64,000 bases of DNA. Origin: an uncultured Bacilli bacterium (lineage in GTDB: Bacteria > Bacillota_I > Bacilli_A > RFN20 > CAG-449). The stretch covers positions 49,841-113,840 of the forward strand of contig CALVKD010000001.1 in NCBI GenBank assembly GCA_944332525.1, in the 5' to 3' direction. Shown here piece by piece: positions 62,936 through 64,000 of this stretch; within the stretch, counting starts at the first letter, position 1; every line of letters starts with the position of its first letter. A program made the position numbers and the translations under genes. The notes under the pieces are model-generated. The model was not told where the DNA came from and did not search any database. It saw only the letters and a list, made by a program, of their open reading frames with translations.

Positions 62936-63631
62936 TTAGAAAAGATTATTTTCTTGATAATTTATTTCTTTGTTTAAAGATAATGAAAAGAAACTATTTT
63001 TACCAATTATTAAATGATCAATCAAAGTTACATTTATCATTCCTAATATTACTTGAATATTTTTTGTTTCGGCTAGATCGCCACGTGACGGCGATAAATT
63101 ATCTGACGGATGATTATGCGCGATATATAACTTTTTAGCATGGTGACATAGGCATTCCTCCATAATTTTCTTTGGATATAGGGAAACGCTAGTCTCTCCC
63201 CCGCTAGCCACTACTTCCGCATATAGAAGTTTTTGATTTTTATCAAGCATTATTAAAGCTAGATGTTCTTCTTTCTTTTCACAAATCAAACTTCTAAATA
63301 TATTCCCTGCACCTATTAAGGTAATGGTTTCTTTAGCTAATGCCTCTTGCTTTTTTACTCTTAAGTAAATTTCATTAATCGCAGCAATTTTAATAGCCTT
63401 AGCCAATTTTATACCATCATTTGTCATAAGTTCATCAAGAGATAATTTTAAAATGCTACCAAGACTACCATATTTTTTAATCAGTCCATAGCTAATATCA
63501 AGAACATCTTTATTTTTATTGCCATAGCCAATTAATATAGCGATTAATTCCATATCGCTCAGCTGGTCAATTCCGGTGAGTAAGGCTTTTTCTCGCGGCC
63601 TTTGTTGCTTATTGAGATTTTTTATTCCCAT
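62936..63631 (-). CDS. radC: RadC-family JAB/MPN domain protein
   Basis: JAMM motif HNHPSDNLSPSRGD and an N-terminal HhH region. 231 aa. Confidence 0.85.
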   Translation of the reverse strand: MGIKNLNKQQRPREKALLTGIDQLSDMELIAILIGYGNKNKDVLDISYGLIKKYGSLGSILKLSLDELMTNDGIKLAKAIKIAAINEIYLRVKKQEALAKETITLIGAGNIFRSLICEKKEEHLALIMLDKNQKLLYAEVVASGGETSVSLYPKKIMEECLCHHAKKLYIAHNHPSDNLSPSRGDLAETKNIQVILGMINVTLIDHLIIGKNSFFSLSLNKEINYQENNLF

Positions 63632-63795
63632 GTAAATTTAAATCCGCCAGGTAATGTAGTCGAACCCTCGCTTGACATAAATAAGCGATAAACAATTACA
63701 GCAACTATCGCAGCGACCATGACCGCCATCACCGCGGCAACCGTTAGTTCGCCTCCTTTAAGATTTTTCATTTCATCAATAGTTAATTCTCTCAT
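63622..63795 (-). CDS. hypothetical 57-aa peptide with a double-glycine-leader-like N-terminus and a hydrophobic core
   Basis: MRELTIDEMKNLKGG followed by ELTVAAVMAVMVAAIVAVIVYRLF...LPGGFKFTWE. AAGGAGGA SD lies 9 nt upstream. Overlaps the radC start. Below the ORF-track cut-off. Confidence 0.4.
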   Translation of the reverse strand: MRELTIDEMKNLKGGELTVAAVMAVMVAAIVAVIVYRLFMSSEGSTTLPGGFKFTWE

Positions 63796-63800
63796 AAAAA

Positions 63801-63831
63801 AATCCTCCTTACTTAGCAGATAGGGAGGATT
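63801..63831 (-). terminator. intrinsic terminator after valS, containing the SD of the downstream small ORF
   Basis: Minus strand AATCCTCC(C), loop, GGAGGATT, then TTTTTTT immediately before the ATG at 63795. Confidence 0.5.
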
Positions 63832-63848
63832 AAGTAAAAATAATTAAA

Positions 63849-64000
63849 CTAATTTAAAATATCGCGCTTTTTTTGATACTCGGCTAATTCTTTTAAATAT
63901 TTTTCGCGTTTAGCTTTTTCTTCATTAATTTTCTTTTCTGGAGCTTTAGCGATAAAAGCAGGATTATTTAACATTTTATCGCCGCGGAGTAATTCGTTCT
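63849..64000 (-). CDS. valS: valyl-tRNA synthetase, C-terminal coiled-coil fragment; the rest lies outside the window
   Basis: The reverse-strand frame gives ...LNNPAFIAKAPEKKINEEKAKREKYLKELAEYQKKRDILN*, matching the ValS C-terminal motif (NxGFxxKAP...). Confidence 0.75.
   Translation of the reverse strand, partial: NELLRGDKMLNNPAFIAKAPEKKINEEKAKREKYLKELAEYQKKRDILN

Overview
This is an AT-rich bacterial chromosomal segment using the standard genetic code: TGA is a stop and Trp is TGG. Gene content and synteny look like a low-GC Firmicute or Mollicute. Examples are plsY-parE-parC, yqeG-yqeH-yhbY-nadD/yqeK-rsfS, ripX(xerD)-deoB, asp23-nusB-xseAB-recN, and rplU-prp-rpmA-obg.

The dcw cluster is reduced to mraZ-rsmH-ftsL-like, and the ftsQAZ cluster has no mur or pbp genes. 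Together with the fused secDF and fused nadD-yqeK, this suggests a wall-less Acholeplasma-like organism. That assignment is an inference.

About 75 genes are packed tightly. Most are housekeeping: five aminoacyl-tRNA synthetases, enolase, topoisomerase IV, DNA repair, cell division and ribosomal proteins. Genes left of about 20.7 kb are mostly on the + strand. Every gene from 20.95 kb to the window end is on the − strand. The 377-bp AT-rich convergence gap holds a dif-like 28-mer, 1.4 kb from a xerD/ripX homolog, so this is probably the replication terminus.

The clearest accessory island is a MukFEB-like kleisin–kite–SMC operon (Wadjet JetABC / MksFEB type) at 32.5–38.0 kb. It lacks the JetD/MksG Toprim nuclease. 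Instead it is translationally coupled to two uncharacterised membrane proteins.

Other notable items are a short tail-less SSB paralog, and MraZ-box repeats overlapping the mraZ promoter. There is also a small double-glycine-leader-like peptide whose ribosome-binding site sits inside the valS terminator hairpin, and an rpmG gene missing from the ORF track. I saw no rRNA genes, tRNA genes, CRISPR arrays or clear mobile elements.
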